Assembly: GCA_965214945.1 (NCBI GenBank)
Contig: OZ244029.1
Location: 872,533-936,532 of the forward strand
DNA: 64,000 nucleotides
Source of the DNA: Acidimicrobiales bacterium
GTDB taxonomy: Bacteria; Actinomycetota; Acidimicrobiia; Acidimicrobiales; Aldehydirespiratoraceae
Direction of reading: 5' to 3'
Below the pieces are notes generated by a model. The model did not search any database, was not told the origin of the DNA, and saw only the letters and a list, made by a program, of their open reading frames with translations. Positions 1 through 9,500 of the stretch are shown piece after piece (positions within the stretch are counted from its first letter, which is position 1; the number at the start of each line of letters is the position of its first letter). Position numbers and translations under genes: made by a program.

Positions 1-1290
1 AAGGATCATGAAGGTGCCGTAGCATCGCTCGGAGGCTTTCTAGAAGCACCATCTCTTCTCGCCAAGCTTGCACACTCTCACGTGGATGCCGCCGTTGATT
101 TCCTGCGTCCAATGCACGACAGTGGACAGATCCCACAACGCTACGTTGGATTCGTCCGCGAGCTCCTTGAGGCTGAGCAGTGTATTTGCGGCGAAGATCT
201 CTCCCAACCAAGTGTACATCGCAGGCATGTCGAGGAAAGGCTTGCTGCTTCCGAAGCAAATGCCAAGCACGCGAACCATCTAGGATATGTGTTCGATGCA
301 GCTCGGGATCTCATGCACCTTGCCAATAACTCAGACTGGGCCGTCGAGTCAGTGGACGCAGAGAAACGACTGGCAGAAGTCGAGGAGCGATTGATGGAGC
401 TCAAAACAGACCGGGCGGATATCGACAAGAAATTGCGCACCATCGAAGATTCTGAGATTGGGCTGATCCAGGAGGAGATCGACGCCCTCGATGTACAGGT
501 GGAGAGATTCATCGCTGATAACTCTGAGTACTCGAACCGGCTTCCAGATCTCCAGCGCGAAGCGGACGCCCTGAACAAGCAGATCCACGCCCGACAGAAC
601 AGCGAGATAGCCGCTGCTAGCCACCGTCGTTCCGAAGACTTAGCGGGTGTAATCCATCGGATTCTGACAAGTGCCTACAAGACCATTCAGAAAGACCAAG
701 TCGCGGAGCTCTCCAATGAGATGAATCGGCTGTTCGCAACGATGGTCGACAACGTAACCGAATACGATACTAACACCGACCAGGCCGGTAAGGAAACAAT
801 CCGAACTATTGTGCAAGTGGGTGTGCGCTCAGCCTCAGGCGGCGGCTTCGAGATCTTTGCCATCAACAACCACGGACGCGACAAGCCGCACATAGAGATC
901 AATGGGGCCAGCCGCCGAGTGATCGCTCTAGCCTTCGTGCTCGCGCTCTGCAATGAGTCAAAAACCCGTGCGCCGCTGATAGCTGACTCACTGCTCAATA
1001 TGATGTCCGGCGCTGTCCGCCGAAACACTCTCGTGGCGACGGCTGAGAAGTCAGGGCAACCGATCCTCCTGTTGACTGGAGCGGATCTTGAGGCTGAGAG
1101 CGAGGCGGAAACCATCGCGAGTAGGTGCGGAGCGACCTACACCCTGACCGCTCAGTGGCACAAAGAGGTAGTGAACCTAACCGACGCTCGGGCAATCTCC
1201 CTTATTTGCGAATGCGGACCTCGTCAGTACTGCGATGTGTGCGAGCGGATTGGTCAAGCAAACCGCCGGGGCTGGTCAAGGAGGAGGTAG
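1..1290 (+). CDS. SMC/ABC-type coiled-coil ATPase, DndD-like; 5-prime end lies outside the window
   Basis: Frame 1 is open from nt 1, with no stop before the first listed Met at 82. Long coiled-coil stretch (EKRLAEVEERLMELKTDRADIDKKLRTIEDSEIGLIQEEIDALDVQ), a CxCG motif (EQCICGEDL), an ABC-signature/Walker-B-like C-terminus (INGASRRVIALAFVLAL, APLIADSLLNMMS, QPILLLT) and a terminal Cys cluster (CECGPRQYCDVC). Family assigned by motif recall only. Confidence 0.5.
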   Translation, partial: KDHEGAVASLGGFLEAPSLLAKLAHSHVDAAVDFLRPMHDSGQIPQRYVGFVRELLEAEQCICGEDLSQPSVHRRHVEERLAASEANAKHANHLGYVFDAARDLMHLANNSDWAVESVDAEKRLAEVEERLMELKTDRADIDKKLRTIEDSEIGLIQEEIDALDVQVERFIADNSEYSNRLPDLQREADALNKQIHARQNSEIAAASHRRSEDLAGVIHRILTSAYKTIQKDQVAELSNEMNRLFATMVDNVTEYDTNTDQAGKETIRTIVQVGVRSASGGGFEIFAINNHGRDKPHIEINGASRRVIALAFVLALCNESKTRAPLIADSLLNMMSGAVRRNTLVATAEKSGQPILLLTGADLEAESEAETIASRCGATYTLTAQWHKEVVNLTDARAISLICECGPRQYCDVCERIGQANRRGWSRRR

Positions 1291-1297
1291 GACTCAC

Positions 1298-1762
1298 ATG
1301 AGCTTTGCCCATCTCCTAACTGCCCGCCGCCACTCTCTCTACCTGCCGAAGGATGCGCGTGATGATGTCGCTCGGCTCGTGTCCGTACATCAGCAAACGA
1401 AGACTACACGCAAGATGACACCATTCCGTCGCCAAGTCGACTTCTGGCTCCTGTGTCTAGGGGTCGCCTTAGCGAAAGGTCTACCGCAGCGAGACGGCTT
1501 GCCGTCAGCATGGGGATATAAGTTCGTAGACACGACGCAGGTACAACTACCAACTGAGATATACAACCTACTGGTAGTGATCGCGTTCGAAGAGTTGGGG
1601 CACGATGCCGACGCGATCGACGACCCTGCTCAGATCATCGACACCGCAAATCGGTTGTCCGGTGCGGCATGTTCTCAGGTGCTTGGCGAGCTGACGAGCA
1701 AGGATCTCCGCATCACCCCGCTGGACAAGGCACTTCGCCTGGCGCGTCGGGCACTAGGTTAG
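1298..1762 (+). CDS. Small protein coupled to the upstream ATPase; possibly DndE-like (uncertain)
   Basis: The ATG at 1298 sits just downstream of AAGGAGGAGG, which lies in the last codons of the upstream gene. The 154-aa product has loose resemblance to DndE-type small helical proteins (FRRQVDFWLLCLGVALAKG, EIYNLLVVIAFEELG). Family call is weak. Confidence 0.4.
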   Translation: MSFAHLLTARRHSLYLPKDARDDVARLVSVHQQTKTTRKMTPFRRQVDFWLLCLGVALAKGLPQRDGLPSAWGYKFVDTTQVQLPTEIYNLLVVIAFEELGHDADAIDDPAQIIDTANRLSGAACSQVLGELTSKDLRITPLDKALRLARRALG

Positions 1763-1923
1763 AGCCTGCTGACGGTGGGCCGTGCCGAGACCAACTCTCG
1801 TTCAAGAAGAGGCCGTTCGGTTGCCAGCTAGTCCAGCAGCCCAGCGCTGAGGTGTAGCTCAGCCTCGGCATCGGACCCAGAAAGAAGGCAGTTGTGCGCA
1901 GGGTCACACCTTGCCTGGTTCGG

Positions 1924-2805
1924 TCATGACATGATCTGGAATCGGCGGACGAGGTCCAGGTTGAGTTCGAGTCCGAGCCTTGGTGAGGAACTCGATCATG
2001 GTGATCTGCCTGCTGGCGGTCTGCATGTGGATGTTGTAGAAGTCCGAGATGGCCGAGGCGTAGATATAGGCAATCAGCAGAGCCCCGGCTAACTCGCACA
2101 TCACCGATATCTGGGTGATCTCGGTGAAGCCGCCGGCTCGGCTGATGTCGCAGTGCTGCAACAGCACCTTGGCGTTGTCGAGTCATTCCTTGGTCTCCCA
2201 GTGGCCGGTCGAGATTTCGCCTGTGTCGATGAGCAGCGGGCCGCCAGCTGGCGGTACCCCTCCATATCGTCGTGGCGCAGCGGGACCCTCGGCGAAGTAC
2301 ACCCGGTGGTCGTCCAGGTGGTTGGGGACCCACAGCGCCTACTGCCAGTGGGCCCAGCGATATCCGGGGTCGGTGCTGAGCACGATGTCGTCGCCGATCA
2401 TGGCCCGAGCCGGCCGACAAAGTCGACCACCTGGTGGTCGGCCATCTCGGTGAGCCCGACGATCGCCTCCATCTTTGCGAGGATGGCGTCGGTCGGCTCA
2501 CCTCTAGTGTCGCCGGGATACAGGGTCACATAGGGGTGGGCGCCGCTCTGGCGGGCGCCTCCCAGCAGCTGCCAAACCGGTCTCCAAGTTGCTTGCCGTC
2601 AGGTCGTACAAGGTGATGTCGACCGCGTACAGGGCGTTGATTAGCAGTCCTCTGTGGCCGTGGTAGAAGCTCGAGTGATAGATGATGTCGTAGATGCCCA
2701 GCATGTCTATCGGGTCCTTGCCGATGACGTGCCCTGGGTCGCTGTGCGGAGCTAGCGCAATCCCGACGGTTCGGAGTTCAGCGTGTGGGAGTGCTGGGTA
2801 GCCAT
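1924..2805 (-). pseudogene. Enolase-superfamily (mandelate racemase/dehydratase-like) pseudogene, repeat copy A
   Basis: The minus-strand translation gives family-typical blocks spread over several frames: INALYAVDITLYDLTGKQLG, then QLLGGARQSGAHPYVTLYPG in a shifted frame, IDTGEISTGHWETKE followed by a TGA, LLQHCDISRAGGFTEITQI, and the C-terminal LGLELNLDLVRRFQIMS-stop. Multiple frameshifts and in-frame stops. Confidence 0.7.
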
Positions 2806-3015
2806 CTCGACCGACCGCTGTACCTGGCGCTGTTTGCGCGCTGGGATCCGGGCATGATCGTGCGCCGACACAGCCACTACAGCCCGCACGTGTTGATAGT
2901 GCTTTTGGGCGAGTTCACCTGCTGCGATGTCCTCTGCGGGCCAGGCACCCACCTCGAACTGTCTTTCGGGGCGGACTTCGGGCCGTTCGCGGCCGGACCC
3001 GACGGAGTGGAGTTC
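1945..3015. repeat. Direct repeat copy A (enolase pseudogene + cupin segment), left flank of the DISARM operon
   Basis: By-eye alignment to 17406-18181. Shared runs include tccaggttgagttcgagtccgagccttggtg, gcatgtggatgttgtagaagtccgaga, gtacacccggtggtcgtccaggtggttggg, gtgctgagcacgatgtcgtcgccgatcatggccc and gctgtttgcgcgctgggatcc. Each copy has private deletions. Confidence 0.8.
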
Positions 3016-3099
3016 TACGAGGTGATGATGGGCGATCCCCGATCCTGGAGCGACTCGCCCGAATCTATGGCCCGGGTCCTGGTCGAGCAGGGCGTCTAG
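2785..3099 (+). CDS. Cupin-domain protein (possibly N-terminally truncated)
   Basis: Cupin-like core ALFARWDPGMIVRRHSHYSPHVLIVLLGEFTCCDVLCGPGTHLELSFG. The annotated start overlaps the divergent enolase pseudogene start by about 20 nt, which suggests an old junction. Confidence 0.5.
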   Translation: MGVLGSHLDRPLYLALFARWDPGMIVRRHSHYSPHVLIVLLGEFTCCDVLCGPGTHLELSFGADFGPFAAGPDGVEFYEVMMGDPRSWSDSPESMARVLVEQGV

Positions 3100-3341
3100 C
3101 AGTTGCCCGACCCGCCGGTCCAGCTGCCCGCTGGCCTGGCCGACCTGCGCCGCCGTCTTCACCGCCGGCAAACGACAGGACACGGGGGCCTGACCAACCC
3201 CGACACATCCGAATCGATCCCCGAGGGGGACGTGACATCCAACGGGCGGAGCATGGCTGCTCATGGGGAATACCGGTGCGTTCCCGTCCTTCGGACGATC
3301 GTTCCTACACTCATTCTCGTGCTGACCCTGCGCATAGAGCG

Positions 3342-6300
3342 ATGAGCGTTGTCGAGGTGCGGGCACCAATGCCCGAGCTGCCTGATCCTGGGCAGGTGGT
3401 TGAGGTCCGGGGCTCGACTTGGGCTGTCGCCGACGTTCGTCCGCAGGGGCTGCCGCGTAGTCCGGCCGATGAGGCCACTGCGCAGCTCTCGCACGTGGTC
3501 GATCTCCAGTCGCTCGATGAGGACCGCTTCAATGAGATGTTGAGCGTCGTGTGGGAGCTGGAAGTTGGCCATACCGTCACTCCGGCTCAGGGTCTTCCGG
3601 AGCGAATATCGCCGGAGGCCTTCGATGATCCGGACACGCTTGCGGGGTTCATCGACGCGATGCGGTGGGGCGCCGTCACTTCTGCGGACCCGAACCGCTA
3701 CCAGGCGCCCTTCTGGTCGGGCGTGAACATCGAGGCGTATCAGATGGAACCGCTCCGTCGTGCGCTCAGTGCGCCGCGGACGAACCTGCTCTTGGCCGAC
3801 GACGTGGGCCTTGGCAAGACGATCGAAGCCGGACTCGTCATCCAGGAGCTATTGCTTCGCCACCGAGCCCGAACCGCAATAGTCGTGTGCCCTCCGAGTC
3901 TTCGGCTGAAGTGGCAAGACGAGATGCGGGAGAAGTTCGGCCTCGAGTTCGTCATCGTCGACAGCAGCCTGATGGCGCAGGTGCGCCGAACGCACGGTCT
4001 GCACGCCAACCCGTTCCTGATGTACCCCAGGGTCATCGTGTCTATGGCGTGGCTGCCGAAGATTCGAGCTCAGCGGCTCCTACGCGACCTGTTCTCACAG
4101 GCGGGCAATCCGAAGACGGGCAAGCGATTCGCGTTCGACATTCTCGTCGTGGACGAAGCCCACCACGTGGCACCTTCGAGTCCTTCAGCGGGCGCAGGTG
4201 GTCGTGGGTACGCAGTCGACACGCAGCGAACAGTTGCGGTCCGTCACCTCGCCGACAGATGCGAACACCGGCTGTTCCTGTCAGCCACTCCGCACAACGG
4301 CCATCCAGAATCGTTCACGGCCCTCATGGAGATGATAGATCCTCGGCGATTCTCACGGGGTGCACTGCTGGACAGCAACGCGCTGAAGGACGTGGCAGTC
4401 CGCCGGCTCAAGCGGGAACTCACCGGCAAGGGATTCAGGAGGCGATCTGTCGAGTCGCTCACGTTCACTCCCGCCGACGATGAGCAGGAGAAATTCACCA
4501 TTCTCGACGCGATCGTTTCGAAGAGCGCGAAGCTGAACGGGAGCAAGCCTGGTGGTGACATCGTGACGATGCTCCTCAAGAAGCGGTTCCTGTCCAGCCC
4601 CTTTGCCTTCGGCCAGACCCTCAGCCACTACCTCAGTTCCCGATTAGGCCGCGGCCTGAGCTACGACGACTACGACGACATCTTCGGTGAAGGCCAAGCC
4701 GACGAGGAGGAAGGGCTTTGGGAACAAGACGAGTCCGAGCGTCTTCACGAATCGAAGACGTCCGATCCTCTTAGCGCCGCCGAGCCCGGGCAGCTCGACT
4801 CGCTGATGGAGTGGGGCTTGAGCTACGAAAGCCGCCCGGACTCACGGCTCGAGGCTCTGCGCTCGTTCTTGAACGAGGTCTGCCGTCCCGATGGTCAGCA
4901 CTGGTCGCAAGAGCGGGTCGTGGTGTTCACCGAATACGCGCACACGGTCGACTGGCTGACGAGAGTGCTAATTCAGCAGGGATACGGTGACGTCATCGCC
5001 GTCATCCAGGGCTCGACCCCGCCGGAGGACCGCGAGTACATCCGCGCACAATTCACGGCGGACCCTTCGAAGGAGCCGGTGAGGGTGCTCCTGGCGACCG
5101 ACGCAGCTGGCGAAGGGATCGATCTGCAGGCTCATTGCCACCGGCTGGTCAACTTCGACATCCCGTTCAATCCCTCCCGGCTAGAGCAGAGGATCGGTCG
5201 CATCGACCGGTACGGGCAGACTCGTGATCCGCAGGTGTTCCATTTCGTGCCCACTTCGGATTCCTCCCTCTACGCAGCAGCCGCTGATTTCATGGCCCGA
5301 ATCGCAAGGAAGGTCGCCAACGTCGAAGCTGACCTTGGCTCGGTCAATCCGGTGATCGGCGGGGAGATCCACGAGCACTTCGCAGGGCGGACCCCGTCGA
5401 TACGCAAGGCGAGAGCCGTTGACGCCAATGAGGTGATCAACGCTGCGCTTGCAGGTGGCATCGAACTCAACGCACGACTGACCCAACTCGAACAGGGCTT
5501 TGACGAGTCGCGGACCGAAATGCATCTCGAACCCGGCAATCTGCGGCGCGTTGTCGACACTGCCTTGCGGATCGATCGCCAACCCCCGCTCATCTCCATC
5601 CCATACGATGAAGGCGATCCACAGGGTGTACGTGCCGACGAGTTTGCCGTGCGTCTCCTTCCTGACCGGGGTGAACAACCAGGGCCGCTAGCGTTTGCCG
5701 CGTACGAGGTCCCACAGGTATCTCGCCCCTGGCATGCCACCTTGAAGGGCCTGTACACGCGGCTCGCGCCGAACATAGCGCGTCCGATCACCTTCGACCA
5801 GGCTGTAGCAGAAGGTCGAGACGATCTGGTCTACGTCCACCTCGGCCACCCGCTGGTCCAGAAGGCGCAGAGGCTGCTGCGTAGCGCCCTGTGGAGCACA
5901 TCCTCGCCTCTGAACCGCGTGACAGCAGTCGTCGTAGACGATCTGCCGGAATCATTCGTCGCGGCAGTGACCCGAATGGTTCTCGTCGGTCGTGGTGGAG
6001 TCCGCCTGCATGAGGAGGTCTTCCTCGCAGGTGTACGTCTCCGAGGACGTCGAGCCATGGCCGAGGAGAAAGCCGAGGCCGCCCTCGACCAAGCGCTGGA
6101 CGCATCGCGCCTGACGTTCGCGGAGGACTCCGTGCGCTCACAGCTCTGCGTGCTTTGGAACACGCCCGACGCGCCCCTGCGAATCCGCCTTGAGGAATCG
6201 ATGCGAGCACGAGCCGCACGCCGACACGAGACAGTGATGGAGCAGCTCGCGCGTCGTAAAGCGGCCGATGCCCAACGGGCTCACGAGATCTATGCGGCAT

Positions 6301-6563
6301 TTCGAGCCAATCTGCGAGAGTCGCTCGACGCGCTCCGTAAAGCCGAGGAAGAGGAGGCGGCCAAGCTCTTCACCGATGACCAGCAGCACCAGCGACGGCG
6401 CGACATCGATGCGATGGGGCGACGGCTTGAGGAAATAGACGACGAAGAGGCCCGTGAGATCGAGGCGATCAGTGAGCGATACGCAGAGGTTAAGCCCCAT
6501 ACCACCGCTGCCGCAGTTGTCTTCGCGCTCACTCGTGCCGACGCTGCCGGATGGGGGAACTAA
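3342..6563 (+). CDS. drmD: SNF2-family helicase, DISARM class 1 DrmD
   Basis: SF2/SNF2 motifs: LLLADDVGLGKTIEAG (I), DILVVDEAHHVAP (II), LFLSATPHNGHPESF (III), VLLATDAAGEGIDLQ (V), FNPSRLEQRIGRIDRYGQT (VI). Start placed at ATG 3342 (MSVVEVRAP); the ORF track opens at 3276. First gene of the coupled five-gene operon. Confidence 0.8.
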   Translation: MSVVEVRAPMPELPDPGQVVEVRGSTWAVADVRPQGLPRSPADEATAQLSHVVDLQSLDEDRFNEMLSVVWELEVGHTVTPAQGLPERISPEAFDDPDTLAGFIDAMRWGAVTSADPNRYQAPFWSGVNIEAYQMEPLRRALSAPRTNLLLADDVGLGKTIEAGLVIQELLLRHRARTAIVVCPPSLRLKWQDEMREKFGLEFVIVDSSLMAQVRRTHGLHANPFLMYPRVIVSMAWLPKIRAQRLLRDLFSQAGNPKTGKRFAFDILVVDEAHHVAPSSPSAGAGGRGYAVDTQRTVAVRHLADRCEHRLFLSATPHNGHPESFTALMEMIDPRRFSRGALLDSNALKDVAVRRLKRELTGKGFRRRSVESLTFTPADDEQEKFTILDAIVSKSAKLNGSKPGGDIVTMLLKKRFLSSPFAFGQTLSHYLSSRLGRGLSYDDYDDIFGEGQADEEEGLWEQDESERLHESKTSDPLSAAEPGQLDSLMEWGLSYESRPDSRLEALRSFLNEVCRPDGQHWSQERVVVFTEYAHTVDWLTRVLIQQGYGDVIAVIQGSTPPEDREYIRAQFTADPSKEPVRVLLATDAAGEGIDLQAHCHRLVNFDIPFNPSRLEQRIGRIDRYGQTRDPQVFHFVPTSDSSLYAAAADFMARIARKVANVEADLGSVNPVIGGEIHEHFAGRTPSIRKARAVDANEVINAALAGGIELNARLTQLEQGFDESRTEMHLEPGNLRRVVDTALRIDRQPPLISIPYDEGDPQGVRADEFAVRLLPDRGEQPGPLAFAAYEVPQVSRPWHATLKGLYTRLAPNIARPITFDQAVAEGRDDLVYVHLGHPLVQKAQRLLRSALWSTSSPLNRVTAVVVDDLPESFVAAVTRMVLVGRGGVRLHEEVFLAGVRLRGRRAMAEEKAEAALDQALDASRLTFAEDSVRSQLCVLWNTPDAPLRIRLEESMRARAARRHETVMEQLARRKAADAQRAHEIYAAFRANLRESLDALRKAEEEEAAKLFTDDQQHQRRRDIDAMGRRLEEIDDEEAREIEAISERYAEVKPHTTAAAVVFALTRADAAGWGN

Positions 6564-9500
6564 TGGCTGCTGCTAACCGCCGACGCATCCCTGCCACCAG
6601 CAACGTGTCGGAACTTCATCGACGGTGGCTGGAGCTGGTCGACATCGAAGGTCCTTTTCTGGCCATCCCGCCACTCAAGAGAGTTTGGCCCAACGGGATC
6701 CCCAACTTTCGGTCCACCCACCCAGACCGGTTTGAAGTACTCAACCACGCCCTCAAAGACTTCGAAGCGGCTTGGGAGTCCCTGGACCGAGCTGAGGACA
6801 GCAGTAGCACGCTTGACGCGTACCGAGTGGCACGCGACAAGTGGGTCGAGACCGTATTGCGTGACGTGGTTGGTTGGGCCGAGTCCCTCGAATGGGGGGC
6901 CATTCCGGGCGTCGAGGCGCAGTCGCCGAACCGGGCAGTGACCGTGACTGCGCAAGGAGCCATTGTTGGTGCCGACGGCACGAGAGCGTTGGTACACGTC
7001 ACCGATGCGACGGAGTCGCTCCGCCAAACTCCGAACGATCTGTGGGCTGCGACACCAATAGATCGCCTCGATGCGCTTCTGCGAGAGAACGATGTCGAGA
7101 TCGGCATCGTCACTGACGGTCGATGGTGGGGACTCGTGTACGCCGGTGAGGGCCGCATGACGGCCTCCGGAGTGGTCGACGCGCTGACCTGGGTCGAGGA
7201 ACCCCGCACTCGCGATGCGTTCTTCACCCTCGCCGGGCGCCAGCACATCATCGGCGGAGATCCGACTGAGAGACTCCCGGTGCTGTTTGCCGAGTCCGTC
7301 GCCGCTGCCGAGGAGATTACCGAGGCGCTTGGTTCCCAGGTCCGCCGCGCGGTCGAGTTGCTCATCCAGTCGTTCTCCGAATCGGCCTCAGAAGCTCGTC
7401 GACTCGGCAAACCAGATCCGTTACCAGATCGAACCCACGACACCTACGAGGCTGCGGTCACCGTGATGATGCGCGTGGTTTTCCTCCTCTTCGCTGAGGA
7501 GCGAGGTCTACTTCCCTCAGGCGAGCTGTTCGAACAGGGTTACGGCATCTCCAGAGAGCTAGACCGGCTCGACGCCGAGAGCACGCCCGGCGAGGAAGTG
7601 CTCGAAGCAACATCCCTGACCTGGCACCGGTTGCTAGCCACCAGCGGCGCGCTGTACAAGGGTGCGTCCCTTGAGAACCTGCGCATGCCCGCCTATGGAG
7701 GATCACTCTTTGACCCTGACCGGTTTGCCTTCCTCACCGCAATCACGGACGAAGGCACACTCGCCGTGGTGGTGTCAGATCGGGTGATGCTCCACGTCCT
7801 CCGGTCCGTCCAAGTGGCGACCGTGAGAGGCGAAGCTCGCCGTATCTCCTTTCGCGACATCGATGTCGAGCAGATCGGCTACATCTACGAAGGCCTCCTC
7901 GGATACACTTGCAAATCGGTTGATGAGACATATCTGGGCATTCTCGGAACGATGGGCGAGGAGCCTGAAATCCCGCTCGGGACCATCGAGCAGCTCGCTA
8001 GGGAGAACACGACGCCAGAGAAGCTGGCCGGTGCGATCCGCAAGTGGGTTAAGGAGAATCAGCCTTCAGCAAAGCCTGCAACCGCTGCCAAGATCGCCAA
8101 AGCCCTCCAGGCCGATGCCGACCCGTCAGTGGTCAGTGCGCTAGCCCAGACCGTTGCCGACAACTCAGAGCTTCTCAATCGCATCGCGCCCTGGCTAGGC
8201 CTGATCCGTCGCGATCTGCGAGGCCACCCCTTCGTCTTACGGGGGGGGGGGGGTCTCCTGGTCGCAGAGACCCCGTCACGGAGGAATGCAGGGGCGCATT
8301 ACACCCCGAAGTCGCTGGCTGAAGAGGTCGTTTTCCACACGCTCGAGCCTCTCTGCTACTCGCCTGGTCCGCACCAGACGAGCGACGAAGCGTCATGGCA
8401 GCTCCGGAGTTCTGACGAGCTGCTCAATCTCAAGGTCGCCGACATCGCTTGTGGCTCTGGCGCCTTCCTTGTGGCCGCAACTCGCTACTTGGCAGATCGA
8501 GTTGTCGAAGCCTGGATCAGTGAGGAACCGGCCAACGCTCAGCGGATGGATCTCCATACGCGGGCCAAGCGTCAGGTCGTCGCGAATTGCCTCTATGGAG
8601 CTGACATCAACGACATGGCCGTCGAGATGTGCAAGCTCTCCCTCTGGCTCGTCTCCCTCGATCGCGATCTGCCCTTCTCCTTCGTCGACGACAAAATCTT
8701 CCTAGGCAACTCGCTCTTGGGGCTCACCAGCCTCGATCAGCTTCGGAAGCTTCACATTGATCCGACGCGAGTCCCTATGGACCGCAGGTTCGACATCTTT
8801 GACGTCGATGTCGATGAGATCATTCACAAAGCTGTCAGTCTTCGAGAGCATCTATTGGGCGAGATTGACGACAACGACCCGGCGCGGAGCAGCGCGACTA
8901 AGCGCCGCCAGCATAATGAGTCGAAGAGTGTTACCTCCCCACTCCGCCAGATAGCGGATGGCATCATTGCTGCGGGTCTCCCTCTAGGCGGCAAGCCCGG
9001 TAGGGAACTTGACGCAGCCTATGTAAGCCTCCGGTGCGCCGTTAGGAATGCCTATCCTGATGATGACACTCACAAGGATGCAAGAGAGTTGGAGGCTCTG
9101 ATTGTGAGAGGTCTTACTCCGGCTGTCAAGACCGACTTCAAGCGATGGCAACCGCTCCATTGGCCAATCGAGGCCCCCGACGTGATCGTTGATCGCAGTG
9201 GCTTCGATGCAATTATCGGCAATCCTCCATTCCTGGGGGGCCAGAAACTCAGCGGGGCAATGGGCAGTGAGATCAGGGACTGGTTCGTTCACGTGCTGGC
9301 GAATGGAAAACGAGGTAGCGCCGACTTAGTTGCCTACTTCTTCCTTCGGATACTTGGTCTTCTCGCAGACAATGGCACCATTGGGCTAATCGCGACCAAC
9401 ACCATTGCTCAGGGGGTCACGAGGCAAGTTGGCCTTGACCAGATTGTGGATCAGGGATTGACCATCATGCGTTCGATCCAGAGCAGGCCATGGCCGGCAA

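Noticed and set aside
1850-2750. My first reading of the stop-riddled minus-strand region, and of its copies at 17.4 and 34.4 kb, was a decayed IS element or transposase.
   Set aside because: Translation gives enolase-superfamily blocks (DISRAGGFTE, AVDITLYDLTGK, C-terminal PGLGLELN...RRF), not DDE or recombinase motifs. I saw no terminal inverted repeats. I therefore treat it as a duplicated housekeeping pseudogene.
2752-3369. A 205-aa minus-strand ORF spanning the cupin gene and the region upstream of drmD.
   Set aside because: It overlaps the cupin ORF in antisense, and its sequence is low in complexity. A shorter 56-codon minus-strand ORF (about 3095-3262) remains possible but is unsupported.
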